From positions 1 to 34,192 of IMG/VR virus record IMGVR_UViG_3300032135_000036: a DNA stretch of 34,192 bases. One strand, given 5' to 3'. The stretch is from a virus. Its lineage: Duplodnaviria; Caudoviricetes. Position numbers and translations under genes: made by a program. The notes below the pieces were generated by a model. It worked only from the letters and a program-made list of their open reading frames with translations, was not told the DNA's origin and ran no database searches. Shown piece by piece: positions 8,770 to 16,620 of the stretch. How positions within the stretch are numbered: position 1 is the stretch's first letter; each line of letters begins with the position of its first letter.

Positions 8770-10062
8770 CTAACTCAATCTTTTAGCTATTTCATAAATA
8801 ACATTTACTGTACAAGCATCACCTGCACCTCGGTACATTTGGGTATCTGATGTTCCTGCTGCTGTTACCTTATCTGTTATGGAATCCTCTATGCCCTGAA
8901 GTCTCCAACACTCTTTTGGTGTAAGTTTTCTTATGCGATAATTAGTATCTAATACATAATTATCCTTTTGCACTGAGGTTAATGTATTTGAATTACCTGT
9001 TTTATTAATTTCAAGTCTTTGCTCTACATGGTTTCCAGCGGTTCTATCACTTGGATTTATCGGATTTCTACATCTTGAAGCTGCAATACAAGGTAATACT
9101 ACTGCTTGATTGCATGATGTAGTTAATGTATTAGCTTGTTGATGCCCTACACGCCCTCTCCTAGTCTTTGAATTAGGATGCTCTAGATTTATACTGTCAC
9201 CCTCATAAGCCTCAGCATAACCTTTTTTAGTGGCTTCTTTTACTTGTATATTTCCCATTGCATATCCATGAGTTCCAGCACATATTGTTGGGAAAATACC
9301 CTCTGTTCCGTAAACTTTTCCAGCTTGGCTGCCCTCATTGCTAACTTGCCCTTTAACTAATATTTGTTTAGGCTGCTTATATTCCATTGCTCCTAATGCG
9401 CCGACTATGCCAGATGTATCGTGTACCCATGCTCTAGTCGATTTATCCATAATAATTGAACCATCTGCCCTAATAACTGATTGTGCGGTAGTTCCTATTA
9501 CCTTAATGTCAAACGATTCTGTAATTCTTCCGATAGGAAATATTTTTTGTCCACCTCTTCCTCTAAGATGTCCAAGAGTGAACACTCTTTCCCTGTTGTG
9601 TGGGACTCCGTAATCTTTTGAGTTGAGCATTTGCCATTCAATATCGTACCCCAGCGATTCCATTTCAACGAGTATTTGGAAGTAGTCAAGTCCTTTATTT
9701 GATGAAAGCATTCCTCCAACATTTTCATATAATAACCATTTTGGTCTGTATTCTTTTTCAGTTTCCCTAACGAGTCTAAATACTTCTCGTACCAAAGAAC
9801 TTCTATCTCCTTCAAGTCCTGATCTTGCTCCTGCAAGGCTGAAATCTTGACAAGGTGCGCCAAATGCCCAGCAATCGGATTGAGGAATGTCAATTGCTCT
9901 GCATTCCCGAATGTCCCTACCTTCTGGCTCGTTTCCGAATATAACATTGTAAATCCCCCTTTTAAATTTATCCCATTCGATACTATAAACACATTCATGT
10001 CCTGCCTGTTCAAATCCCATTCTTACGGTTCCAATCCCACAAAACATATCTATAAATTTCAA
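8770..10062 (-). CDS. DNA (cytosine-5) methyltransferase
   Basis: Motif I FCGIG, IV GAPCQDFS, VI ENV, VIII HNRERVF, RKLTPKECWRLQG, X YRGAGDA; AAGGAGG RBS before TTG at 10062. Confidence 0.95.
   Translation of the reverse strand: MKFIDMFCGIGTVRMGFEQAGHECVYSIEWDKFKRGIYNVIFGNEPEGRDIRECRAIDIPQSDCWAFGAPCQDFSLAGARSGLEGDRSSLVREVFRLVRETEKEYRPKWLLYENVGGMLSSNKGLDYFQILVEMESLGYDIEWQMLNSKDYGVPHNRERVFTLGHLRGRGGQKIFPIGRITESFDIKVIGTTAQSVIRADGSIIMDKSTRAWVHDTSGIVGALGAMEYKQPKQILVKGQVSNEGSQAGKVYGTEGIFPTICAGTHGYAMGNIQVKEATKKGYAEAYEGDSINLEHPNSKTRRGRVGHQQANTLTTSCNQAVVLPCIAASRCRNPINPSDRTAGNHVEQRLEINKTGNSNTLTSVQKDNYVLDTNYRIRKLTPKECWRLQGIEDSITDKVTAAGTSDTQMYRGAGDACTVNVIYEIAKRLS
9498..9947 (-). CDS. Alternative-frame ORF nested in the methyltransferase (possible beta subunit)
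   Basis: AGGGGG RBS before ATG 9947; ends in SLLDILEEEVDKKYFLS, a segment resembling C5-MTase sequence. Confidence 0.6.
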   Translation of the reverse strand: MLYSETSQKVGTFGNAEQLTFLNPIAGHLAHLVKISALQEQDQDLKEIEVLWYEKYLDSLGKLKKNTDQNGYYMKMLEECFHQIKDLTTSKYSLKWNRWGTILNGKCSTQKITESHTTGKECSLLDILEEEVDKKYFLSEELQNRLTLR

Positions 10063-10085
10063 TTTTATCCTCCTTATATTTTGTT

Positions 10086-10107
10086 GCACCATATTTGTCA
10101 ATTGCGC
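10086..10107 (-). repeat. 22-bp cassette-boundary site (GCGCAAT-TGACAAAT-ATGGTGC)
   Basis: Between the stop at 10116 and the methyltransferase RBS. Confidence 0.75.
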
Positions 10108-10115
10108 CGCTATTT

Positions 10116-10496
10116 TTAATTTTTAAACTGTTCTTTATAAATGTTTTTCCAAATTAATTCACTAAGCTTGTATGTTTCAATTTGTTTTCTTAAATTTTCT
10201 TTTTCTTGTACAAGTTTACAATTTTCATTTTTAAAATTATCACAAACTTTTTCTAGCATTGCATTACAACCTTTAATCTTATGATCTTCTAATGCTAAGT
10301 TAAAATTTAATATTGAAGCTTCTTTATTTTCTTCGGGTATGTCTATTACAAACTCTAATAAATCAGTAAATTCTTCTTTAATTGCTGTTAATGTGTTCAT
10401 CGTTGTGCTAAATGCTCCATTGGTTTCTAATGCTGTTATAGTGTTGCTATAGCTATTAATAACACCATTTATATAAGCTAATATTTCTTTTTTCAT
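10116..10496 (-). CDS. Hypothetical protein (coiled-coil C-terminus)
   Basis: GGAGG RBS before ATG at 10496. Confidence 0.6.
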   Translation of the reverse strand: MKKEILAYINGVINSYSNTITALETNGAFSTTMNTLTAIKEEFTDLLEFVIDIPEENKEASILNFNLALEDHKIKGCNAMLEKVCDNFKNENCKLVQEKENLRKQIETYKLSELIWKNIYKEQFKN

Positions 10497-10824
10497 TTTC
10501 AACCTCCAAATTTTGTGATATAATATTTTTAAGTATTTATCTATGGATCCTCTGACAAGGGTCCTTTTCATTTTTACCAAGCATTTTATCTACTAATACC
10601 GATATTCCTAACAGTAAAAATATGATTGCAGCTGGTAACATCAATATATAAAACATATTTATTCCCTCCTCTTACAATTTTCTATTACAATATAATTTTC
10701 AAAAGCTTCGGTTGTGATATTTATACAATTTTTGTACTTCTTCATTAACCATTTTTTTTCTGTAGAATTTTTAAAAGGTATAACTTGTACAAATTGCATC
10801 TTCGTTCGCTCCTTATTTTTATTT

Positions 10825-11541
10825 TTAATTTAAATCGCTGAATGGTAATTCTAATTGATCATTTAACAATGCAATATCATCTCTTAAATAAGTAGGAACT
10901 AAGTATTTATATAATATTGTTTTTGCGGTTTCTATTTGAACTCTTTTAATTGATTCATATCGTTCTACACCAAATTCTCTATTTAGTTGTCCTTGTATAT
11001 CTTTATAAACTTTAGTTCGTGTTGAATTATCTTTATATGCAGGTGTTCTATAACCTCCAAGTGTCTTTGTAGCAATTTTTCTAACTAGTTTTTGTAGTTC
11101 TTTACAATCTGTATTAAATAGTGGTAATGTATTTTCAAAATTATCTAATCTTGCGATAGTATCCGTACTACGTTGATCTAATATATAAATTGCTTGTAGC
11201 TCTTTAGATAATTTAGGTTGTACACTTTTTAAAGTTTGTTCCATTTCATTAAAGGCTTTAATATATTTTAATTTCCATTTAAGAGCACTTGGTCCGTTGA
11301 ATCCCATAACTAAAAGCGAAAATCCATCACGATTTAATAAATATTCTTTATACATTTGTTTATTTTGTTCATTTTTATATTCTGATTCTATAAAATAGGT
11401 GGAGGAACTTTTTCCTATACCCTCTATCAATTTTTCAATACTATTTACAACATCTTTGTGTATTCTGCTAAAATTTTCTGCTATTTGTCTACTACTAACT
11501 ACAAGTTGTCCATTTTCATTTAATATTTGTAATTCATTCAT
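10825..11541 (-). CDS. Rha-family regulator/antirepressor with ORF6C-like C-terminal domain
   Basis: VSSRQIAENF...HKDV, YLLNRDGFSLLVMGF.G..AL.WKLKYIKAFNEME; C-terminal LGG..TPAY...VYKDI..QL.REFGV..Y. Confidence 0.9.
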   Translation of the reverse strand: MNELQILNENGQLVVSSRQIAENFSRIHKDVVNSIEKLIEGIGKSSSTYFIESEYKNEQNKQMYKEYLLNRDGFSLLVMGFNGPSALKWKLKYIKAFNEMEQTLKSVQPKLSKELQAIYILDQRSTDTIARLDNFENTLPLFNTDCKELQKLVRKIATKTLGGYRTPAYKDNSTRTKVYKDIQGQLNREFGVERYESIKRVQIETAKTILYKYLVPTYLRDDIALLNDQLELPFSDLN

Positions 11542-11582
11542 TTTTACCTCTCCTTAAAATTTATTTTTAATAAAATTTTTTT

Positions 11583-11599
11583 CTTGCGTTTTATGCAAG
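11583..11599. promoter_or_regulatory. Putative repressor operator CTTGCGTTTTATGCAAG
   Basis: Palindrome; related copy AAGCATTATATGCAA at 12237-12251 and half site TTGCAT at 12277 in the cI/cro promoter region. Confidence 0.55.
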
Positions 11600-11601
11600 T
11601 T

Positions 11602-11802
11602 CTAGTTTAAAAAAATATCTATCATCTCTGCTGGTGTTAAGTCTAAGAATGTTGATAGTACATTTACTTGCTTTAAGCTTAATGGGTTTAATCCATTCAT
11701 TTTTCTACTATAGTTAGCATCTGACATTCCTAGAGCCTTTGAGCAATCTTTATTACTTTTTTCTTTTTCTGCCATTTTGGCTTTTAACATATTTCTTTTC
11801 AT
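11602..11802 (-). CDS. Cro-like XRE HTH protein
   Basis: LKAKMAE...CSKALGMS...YSRKMNG...IFLN; transcribed divergently from cI. Confidence 0.85.
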   Translation of the reverse strand: MKRNMLKAKMAEKEKSNKDCSKALGMSDANYSRKMNGLNPLSLKQVNVLSTFLDLTPAEMIDIFLN

Positions 11803-11856
11803 TATTTACCTCCTTTATATTGAGTTAGTTAAGACTTGTTTAATTTAATTAAGGCA

Positions 11857-11901
11857 AAATAAAAAAGTCACCCAAGCTACTGATTAAGTAGTCTGAATGA
11901 C
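11857..11901 (-). terminator. Intrinsic terminator upstream of cro
   Basis: Minus-strand stem GTCATTCAG-A-CTAC...GTAG-C-TTGGGTGAC followed by TTTTTTATTTT. Confidence 0.6.
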
Positions 11902-11925
11902 CTCGATGTTCTGCCCTCTCGGCAG

Positions 11926-12090
11926 TTAGATTGCTACCGCCACTGGAGTCCGACATTTGGATTCTTCTTTATTCGTTATTTCAACTTCTCTTTTACATTT
12001 TGGACATTGAAAATATATACCTTCAAAACTTTTAGAATTATCTACTAACATAAGTTTCTTGCCGCACCTACACTTAAACCATTCTTTCAT
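11926..12090 (-). CDS. 54-aa zinc-ribbon protein (Com-like)
   Basis: MKEWFKCRCGKKL...GIYFQCPKCKREVEI; below the track cutoff. Confidence 0.65.
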   Translation of the reverse strand: MKEWFKCRCGKKLMLVDNSKSFEGIYFQCPKCKREVEITNKEESKCRTPVAVAI

Positions 12091-12209
12091 AAAAAAATCA
12101 CCAATTTATCAATCGCCCCTTTTAAATTTTATTTCAAACATCTCAATTGACTCCTTCCCTTCATGATTATTTGATTATGTATTATGAAATGTTTTGTTTC
12201 CATGTCTTA

Positions 12210-12238
12210 ATAATAAACCCATTTTATGCTGGTGTCAA
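12210..12238 (-). promoter_or_regulatory. Sigma-A promoter for the lytic early operon
   Basis: TTGACA-N17-TATTAT. Confidence 0.75.
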
Positions 12239-12276
12239 GCATTATATGCAATTTTTTTTTAATTATTTTATTTTAG

Positions 12277-12306
12277 TTGCATAAGAGTAGTAAAATCGTT
12301 TATAAT
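12277..12306 (+). promoter_or_regulatory. Promoter for cI
   Basis: TTGCAT-N18-TATAAT. Confidence 0.55.
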
Positions 12307-12351
12307 ACTATATATATATAGTGATAAAATAATATAAAGGAGGTATACAAA

Positions 12352-12747
12352 ATTAATAATAATGCTGAAATCGGAAAGAGCATATTTAACGGAAGAAAAA
12401 AGAAAGACTTAACTATTAAAGAACTAGGAAATTTAATTGGACTATCTGAATCTACTGCCCAGAGATATGAGTCAGGTAAAATTAAAAATGTATCTATAGA
12501 CATTTTAAAGAAGTTTGCAGCAGCTTTAAATACAAAGGTTGAATTTTTAATTGGTTGGGATAAAGAGGTTATCAATACTAAAGAGGAAATTAGTTTTTTT
12601 ACTATTAAGTTGGTAAATGAATTGTTAAAAGAGGGAATTATAGATAATACAGAAGTGATCCCACAGGAGATAACTGATATGATAATAGCTGCTCTCAAAA
12701 CAGATTTAAAAAGAATAAAGGCAGAAAAAAGCACTAAGTTACTTTAG
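12352..12747 (+). CDS. CI-like XRE repressor with ATT start codon (131 aa)
   Basis: IGKSIFNGRKKKDLTIKELGNLIGLSESTAQRYESGKIKNVSIDILKKFAAALNTKVEFLIGW; AAGGAGG 8 nt before ATT; in-frame TAA at 12325. Missed by the ORF track. Confidence 0.88.
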   Translation: MNNNAEIGKSIFNGRKKKDLTIKELGNLIGLSESTAQRYESGKIKNVSIDILKKFAAALNTKVEFLIGWDKEVINTKEEISFFTIKLVNELLKEGIIDNTEVIPQEITDMIIAALKTDLKRIKAEKSTKLL

Positions 12748-12756
12748 TGCTTTTTA
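12725..12756. terminator. Bidirectional terminator
   Basis: AAAAAAGCACTAA-gttact-TTAGTGCTTTTT. Confidence 0.7.
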
Positions 12757-12847
12757 TATGTAAAATAAGCTGTTTTAAGTCTACCTCATTAATGCTTACC
12801 TTGATTTTCTCTTGTGCTTTTGTTATGTTACTTTTCAAGTTATTCAA
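12734..12847 (-). CDS. 37-aa peptide downstream of an SOS box (candidate antirepressor)
   Basis: GGGGGG RBS, TTG start, extended -10 TGtTATACT at 12884-12892. Confidence 0.45.
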   Translation of the reverse strand: MNNLKSNITKAQEKIKVSINEVDLKQLILHIKSTKVT

Positions 12848-12866
12848 TGTTATCCCCCCAATAATA

Positions 12867-12880
12867 CGAATGTGTGTTCT
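12867..12880. promoter_or_regulatory. Firmicute LexA (Cheo) box-like site
   Basis: CGAATGTGTGTTCT versus consensus CGAAC-N4-GTTCG. Confidence 0.6.
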
Positions 12881-13121
12881 TAAAGTATAACATGATTTCA
12901 AAATATATCGTAATAATTTAATAACCTATTTTATACTTTTTTGCAACAATTATATAGTTTTAAAAGCAATTAATAACTTTTAATGTAAACATTATCCATT
13001 TTTAATTTTATAAGTTTAATATGATTTAATATGAACTTTAAGAATTTTAGAAGTATGGATATAGTACATAATGAGTTTTCAATTTGAGAAGGAAATTTTG
13101 TTTTAGTTATTTAATTTATAA

Positions 13122-13155
13122 AAGGGCTAGTAGAGTTTAAGCTACTAGTCCTTTT
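13122..13155. terminator. Terminator hairpin
   Basis: AAAGGgCTAGTAG...CTACTAGtCCTTT with T tracts on both sides. Confidence 0.65.
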
Positions 13156-13172
13156 TACTTATTTTTACTATT

Positions 13173-13341
13173 TGTGGATAACTTTATTTAATCCACATTT
13201 AATCCACAATTTGGGGCCTATTCTATTCTTTCTTTGTATGATAAATATTAGTAATATAAGTATTGGTTTAGTTAGTATTAGTAGTGCGACCTTTTCGGAA
13301 CTCCGATTTACGGAATACCGTTTAACGGAACTCCGATTATG
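13173..13341. other. Putative plasmid-type replication origin (DnaA boxes, AT-rich repeats, 3 x 15-bp iterons)
   Basis: Perfect TGTGGATAA 13173-13181, TAATCCACA at 13189 and 13200; CGGAACTCCGATTTA / CGGAATACCGTTTAA / CGGAACTCCGATTAT at 13296-13340. Confidence 0.7.
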
Positions 13342-13642
13342 GGGTTCTGGTTGAAGCATCATAAACACTATATTCATATCCACTATAATGCCCTTTTTCA
13401 CCTCTTATTTTAGTTCTTATTACGTATCCAAATTTAATTAATTCATTTAGTCCTGAAGTTAAACTTTTTTCACCATCTGTAGAATGTTTTACAACTTCAC
13501 TTGTATAAACTTCCCAATCATAAGGTAAACTTAATAGATAAGACAATAGACCTTTTGCTTTCCAGCTTAATCTTTCATCTGCTAAAGTTTCATTTGGTAT
13601 TTGTGTAAATTTGTTTTCTCTTCTGTTTTTAATAATTGCCAT
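13337..13642 (-). CDS. Short winged-helix replication initiator-like protein
   Basis: FTQIPNE...DERLSWKAKGLLSYLLSLP.DW...DG..S..SGLNEL..FGY, typical N-terminal domain of Firmicute phage/plasmid Rep proteins. Confidence 0.75.
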   Translation of the reverse strand: MAIIKNRRENKFTQIPNETLADERLSWKAKGLLSYLLSLPYDWEVYTSEVVKHSTDGEKSLTSGLNELIKFGYVIRTKIRGEKGHYSGYEYSVYDASTRTP

Positions 13643-13761
13643 AATTTATTTACCCCTTTTTTATTGCATAGGAGGTTACTATAGTTTATACTATGTATAT
13701 AGAAATTTTATAGTAACCAACTATTTTAAAGAGTGCAGCTAACACTCTTTTTTTTATTTTA

Positions 13762-14337
13762 TCATGTTTTGTCATATTTCTCAATATATTCTACCAATGC
13801 CATGCTTACCATGTCCATGCTTTTAAATTCACTATACTTGCTCATAAACTTTCTAAACCGTTCCCAAACTTCCACATATAGCCTTACAGTAGTTATTTTA
13901 ACTTCTCCATGCAATTTATCACCATTAATCTTTAACTCGTTTAAATCCACCTCTATGATATTTTTCTGATTATTGAACCAGTTCAACATTTCCTCGATAT
14001 TGTCATGTTTTTCAATGATATTGAGTATTTTGTCTTTAGCTTCTTTATTATTAAATATATTTGTATTACTGTTATATTCACGCTTGGCTACTTCTTGTTT
14101 TGAAGAGGTTGCAGCAACTTCTAATATATTTGTATTATATTTATATTCATTATTTTTTATATATTGTTTCAGGTCCTTATCAAATATATATCCATATTTG
14201 GTCAAGCGATCTCTTACTGTAGTTCTTCCAATTCCAATTTTTTCACAAATTGATCTTAAAGTATTATTTTTAACTTCACTATTTATATATTGTAGCTGCT
14301 CCATTATTTTTAATTTATCAAATTCTAATCTATCCAA
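13762..14337 (-). CDS. Putative DNA-binding protein (N-terminal HTH, C-terminal ribbon-helix-helix-like)
   Basis: LRSICEKIGIGRTTVRDR; TTVRLYVEVWERF...DMVSMALVEYIEKY; GGAGG RBS before TTG. Confidence 0.65.
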   Translation of the reverse strand: MDRLEFDKLKIMEQLQYINSEVKNNTLRSICEKIGIGRTTVRDRLTKYGYIFDKDLKQYIKNNEYKYNTNILEVAATSSKQEVAKREYNSNTNIFNNKEAKDKILNIIEKHDNIEEMLNWFNNQKNIIEVDLNELKINGDKLHGEVKITTVRLYVEVWERFRKFMSKYSEFKSMDMVSMALVEYIEKYDKT

Positions 14338-14531
14338 TAAAAACACCTCCACTTATATTTGTAATATAAATATAAGTATAGCATTAATATATTCATAATA
14401 TATATGTATTTTTAAGTTGAAATAAAATAAACTTAGCATAATTACTAAGTTTAAAAGTATACCCCTTTAAATTTGACCTCTAAGGCATGTCTATATATAT
14501 TACCCTTACAATTGTACCTAATAATGGTTTG

Positions 14532-14559
14532 ATTCCATATAACTTTTATTATGTTGAAT
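14532..14559 (+). promoter_or_regulatory. dif-like Xer site
   Basis: ATTCCATATAA-CTTTTA-TTATGTTGAAT (11-6-11); right arm one mismatch from the XerD arm TTATGTTAAAT. Confidence 0.5.
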
Positions 14560-14594
14560 GATTTTGAACATAATAAAAACACTTAGATTTTACT

Positions 14595-14795
14595 CTAAGT
14601 GCTATAATATTTATTTTCTAGCTCTTTTTTAAAGCCTTCTAAAAGTATTTTTCTTGCTTTAAAAACAATTTCATTCTTTCCCCATTCATCCCAGGAAACA
14701 TATTCACTTTCTATATCTGATAACATAGTTATAACGTTATCTACTTTCTCAAATATTTCTTTTTCTGCTTTTTCCCATTCTTCTTTAATAGTCAT
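14595..14795 (-). CDS. Hypothetical protein
   Basis: AAGGAG RBS; last gene of the small-gene array. Confidence 0.6.
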   Translation of the reverse strand: MTIKEEWEKAEKEIFEKVDNVITMLSDIESEYVSWDEWGKNEIVFKARKILLEGFKKELENKYYST

Positions 14796-14817
14796 ATAAT
14801 TCTCCTTTTATATTCTC

Positions 14818-15051
14818 CTACATCAAACAAACTTTTATAATTTCTTTTTCTTCTAAAACTTCATATATTTTCATTCCCATTAATTGTGTTATATGTTTAG
14901 TTGTACGTGGTATTACTAAAGCTTTACAATATTCTTCTAACTGTTTATATAAATTGTGTTCGATTATTACCGAATTAGGTTGATGCCCATAAGTATTATA
15001 AAAATCATGTTTTTGGATCATAATTTCTTTCATAACTTTTTCATATTTCAT
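14818..15051 (-). CDS. Hypothetical protein
   Basis: AGGAGG RBS. Confidence 0.6.
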   Translation of the reverse strand: MKYEKVMKEIMIQKHDFYNTYGHQPNSVIIEHNLYKQLEEYCKALVIPRTTKHITQLMGMKIYEVLEEKEIIKVCLM

Positions 15052-15059
15052 TTATAACC

Positions 15060-15081
15060 TCCTAATATTTTTGTATTATGA
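15060..15081 (-). repeat. 22-bp cassette-boundary site (TCATAAT-ACAAAAAT-ATTAGGA)
   Basis: 8 nt after the stop of 15090..15344, the same position as site 3706 relative to the paralog. Confidence 0.65.
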
Positions 15082-15089
15082 CGTATCCT

Positions 15090-15344
15090 TTATTGACAAT
15101 CTACCCTATAACTCATTACATAACTGTAATCTGATTTTAATGTATTTACTGCACTTTCAGTTTTCCAGAACCATTTGCTTTTAGGATTAAAATTATCTTC
15201 TACACAACTTCTTAATGTTACTACTACTTTGTTTTTATTATTAAGCATCTGGAATTTAATCCATATACCATCTTTAATCCATTTAATATTATAATATTTG
15301 AGTTGTTCCATTATTTCGGCTAGTTGTTTTTCCATCCTTGCCAC
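15090..15344 (-). CDS. Hypothetical protein, paralog of 3736..3999
   Basis: Near-identical protein sequence. Confidence 0.75.
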   Translation of the reverse strand: MARMEKQLAEIMEQLKYYNIKWIKDGIWIKFQMLNNKNKVVVTLRSCVEDNFNPKSKWFWKTESAVNTLKSDYSYVMSYRVDCQ

Positions 15345-15454
15345 ACCTCTTTTTTAATCCAATGTCTGCAATTATCACAATCATTTTTACTACAAGTTTT
15401 ATTATCTTTACCAATTTTACAAACCATTTTTTCTACCATAACTCCTGAACTCAT
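15320..15454 (-). CDS. 44-aa Cys-rich peptide (paralog starts at 4224)
   Basis: MSSGVMVEKMVCKIGKDNKTCSKNDCDNCRHW; start overlaps the upstream stop. Confidence 0.5.
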   Translation of the reverse strand: MSSGVMVEKMVCKIGKDNKTCSKNDCDNCRHWIKKEVWQGWKNN

Positions 15455-15702
15455 TATTCACCCTCTATTTCTTTTAATAGTTGAACTAATTTATCACGTA
15501 ACTCTAATGTCATTGCTATATATCCACAATCTTTTTTACGTTCTATTGCTATTTCAAAGGCTTTTATAACATCTTTTAAATTTGATTTATCCATAATATC
15601 TATATTTTTATTCCTTGCTATTGCAGATTCTGCATAGTCTAATCTATTTCTTAACTCTTTTATTTCTTCCCTTAATCCCTCTTGTACGGTAAATGTTTTC
15701 AT
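15454..15702 (-). CDS. Hypothetical protein
   Basis: Coupled ORF with AAGGAG RBS. Confidence 0.6.
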   Translation of the reverse strand: MKTFTVQEGLREEIKELRNRLDYAESAIARNKNIDIMDKSNLKDVIKAFEIAIERKKDCGYIAMTLELRDKLVQLLKEIEGE

Positions 15703-15902
15703 TGTTTAATCTCCTTTATCAATTCTCTGATTTCATTTTCTAAATGTCTTACGCAAATATCCATAGTATAACTTAAATAATATCCATTTTTACGGTCTTC
15801 ATATCCATCAAGTACCGCTTTAACTGTATAAGTATATCCACTATCCTTTATAAACTTATCAATTTTAAAATAAGGCTCATTTCTTATTTCTTCAATTTTC
15901 AT
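15699..15902 (-). CDS. Hypothetical protein
   Basis: AAGGAG RBS. Confidence 0.6.
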   Translation of the reverse strand: MKIEEIRNEPYFKIDKFIKDSGYTYTVKAVLDGYEDRKNGYYLSYTMDICVRHLENEIRELIKEIKQ

Positions 15903-15932
15903 TTTATCTCCTTTTCTATTTGAAGTATGAAA

Positions 15933-16205
15933 TTATTCTTCTAAATCTCTTGATAAATGTATATATTCGCTAATCCATTGTTTTGGGATTTCCATATCAG
16001 CACCAGCATATCTACCCATAGCACTTTTTATATCTTGCAACCTTTTCAATTTCCAAATATCATTAGGCATTAATCCTAGTGGAGGTTTTTGCTTTACGTC
16101 CATATTTACATATTCATCGCATATATTTTCCGATGCACAGTGATAGCAATTAAAACCTTGTCCCTTACAGTGTATTCTTTTATCAAATATTTCTTTAGTT
16201 GTCAT
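15933..16205 (-). CDS. Hypothetical protein (Cys-rich N-terminus, KPPLGLMP motif)
   Basis: AAGGAG RBS; bounded by sites 16220-16241 and degenerate 15909-15930. Confidence 0.65.
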   Translation of the reverse strand: MTTKEIFDKRIHCKGQGFNCYHCASENICDEYVNMDVKQKPPLGLMPNDIWKLKRLQDIKSAMGRYAGADMEIPKQWISEYIHLSRDLEE

Positions 16206-16219
16206 TTTATATCACTCCT

Positions 16220-16241
16220 TCGCCCTTTAATCATATTATCT
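16220..16241 (-). repeat. 22-bp cassette-boundary site (AGATAAT-ATGATTAA-AGGGCGA)
   Basis: Contains the TAA of 16236..16406; homology with 4285-4342 stops inside its spacer. Confidence 0.65.
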
Positions 16242-16406
16242 TTCATTTTCCCATTTGTTTTCTTTATCATCAATACAGATCCATTTTTCAATTTCACCGC
16301 ATACTTTACATTCGATTTTATATTCTATTATGCGGCCATCTTCGTTATAATCTTGTGAACCTTTTATAGTAACATGGTTTTCATTATTTTTGCAGCAATT
16401 ATTCAT
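16236..16406 (-). CDS. 56-aa hypothetical protein (CKVC)
   Basis: MNNCCKNNENHV...; start overlaps the stop of 16406..16612. Confidence 0.55.
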   Translation of the reverse strand: MNNCCKNNENHVTIKGSQDYNEDGRIIEYKIECKVCGEIEKWICIDDKENKWENER

Positions 16407-16612
16407 TATTTATCCCCTTTCAATAATTCTCTATATTTTTCATTAAACCATTCTACTCTGCCGCTATACCCTTGTTTTTTTAATGCTTCATTAAATTTAT
16501 TTTCATATTCTTCTTTATCTTCTTTGGTTTTATGATTAATTCTAGTTTCGGTATAAATTTTACCCATAGTCAACTCCTTAAAAGAGATTAACGGTTTGAG
16601 GTTTACCGCCAA
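16406..16612 (-). CDS. Hypothetical protein
   Basis: ORF in array; likely starts at MGKIY (AAGGAG RBS). Confidence 0.55.
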   Translation of the reverse strand: MAVNLKPLISFKELTMGKIYTETRINHKTKEDKEEYENKFNEALKKQGYSGRVEWFNEKYRELLKGDK

Positions 16613-16620
16613 CCATTTAA

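Noticed and set aside
12300-12734. 144-aa minus-strand ORF from the track
   Set aside because: Antisense shadow of the plus-strand XRE repressor.
13168-13401. 77-aa ORF as a frameshifted C-terminus of the Rep-like gene
   Set aside because: No slippery site or protein motif seen; better explained as origin repeats.
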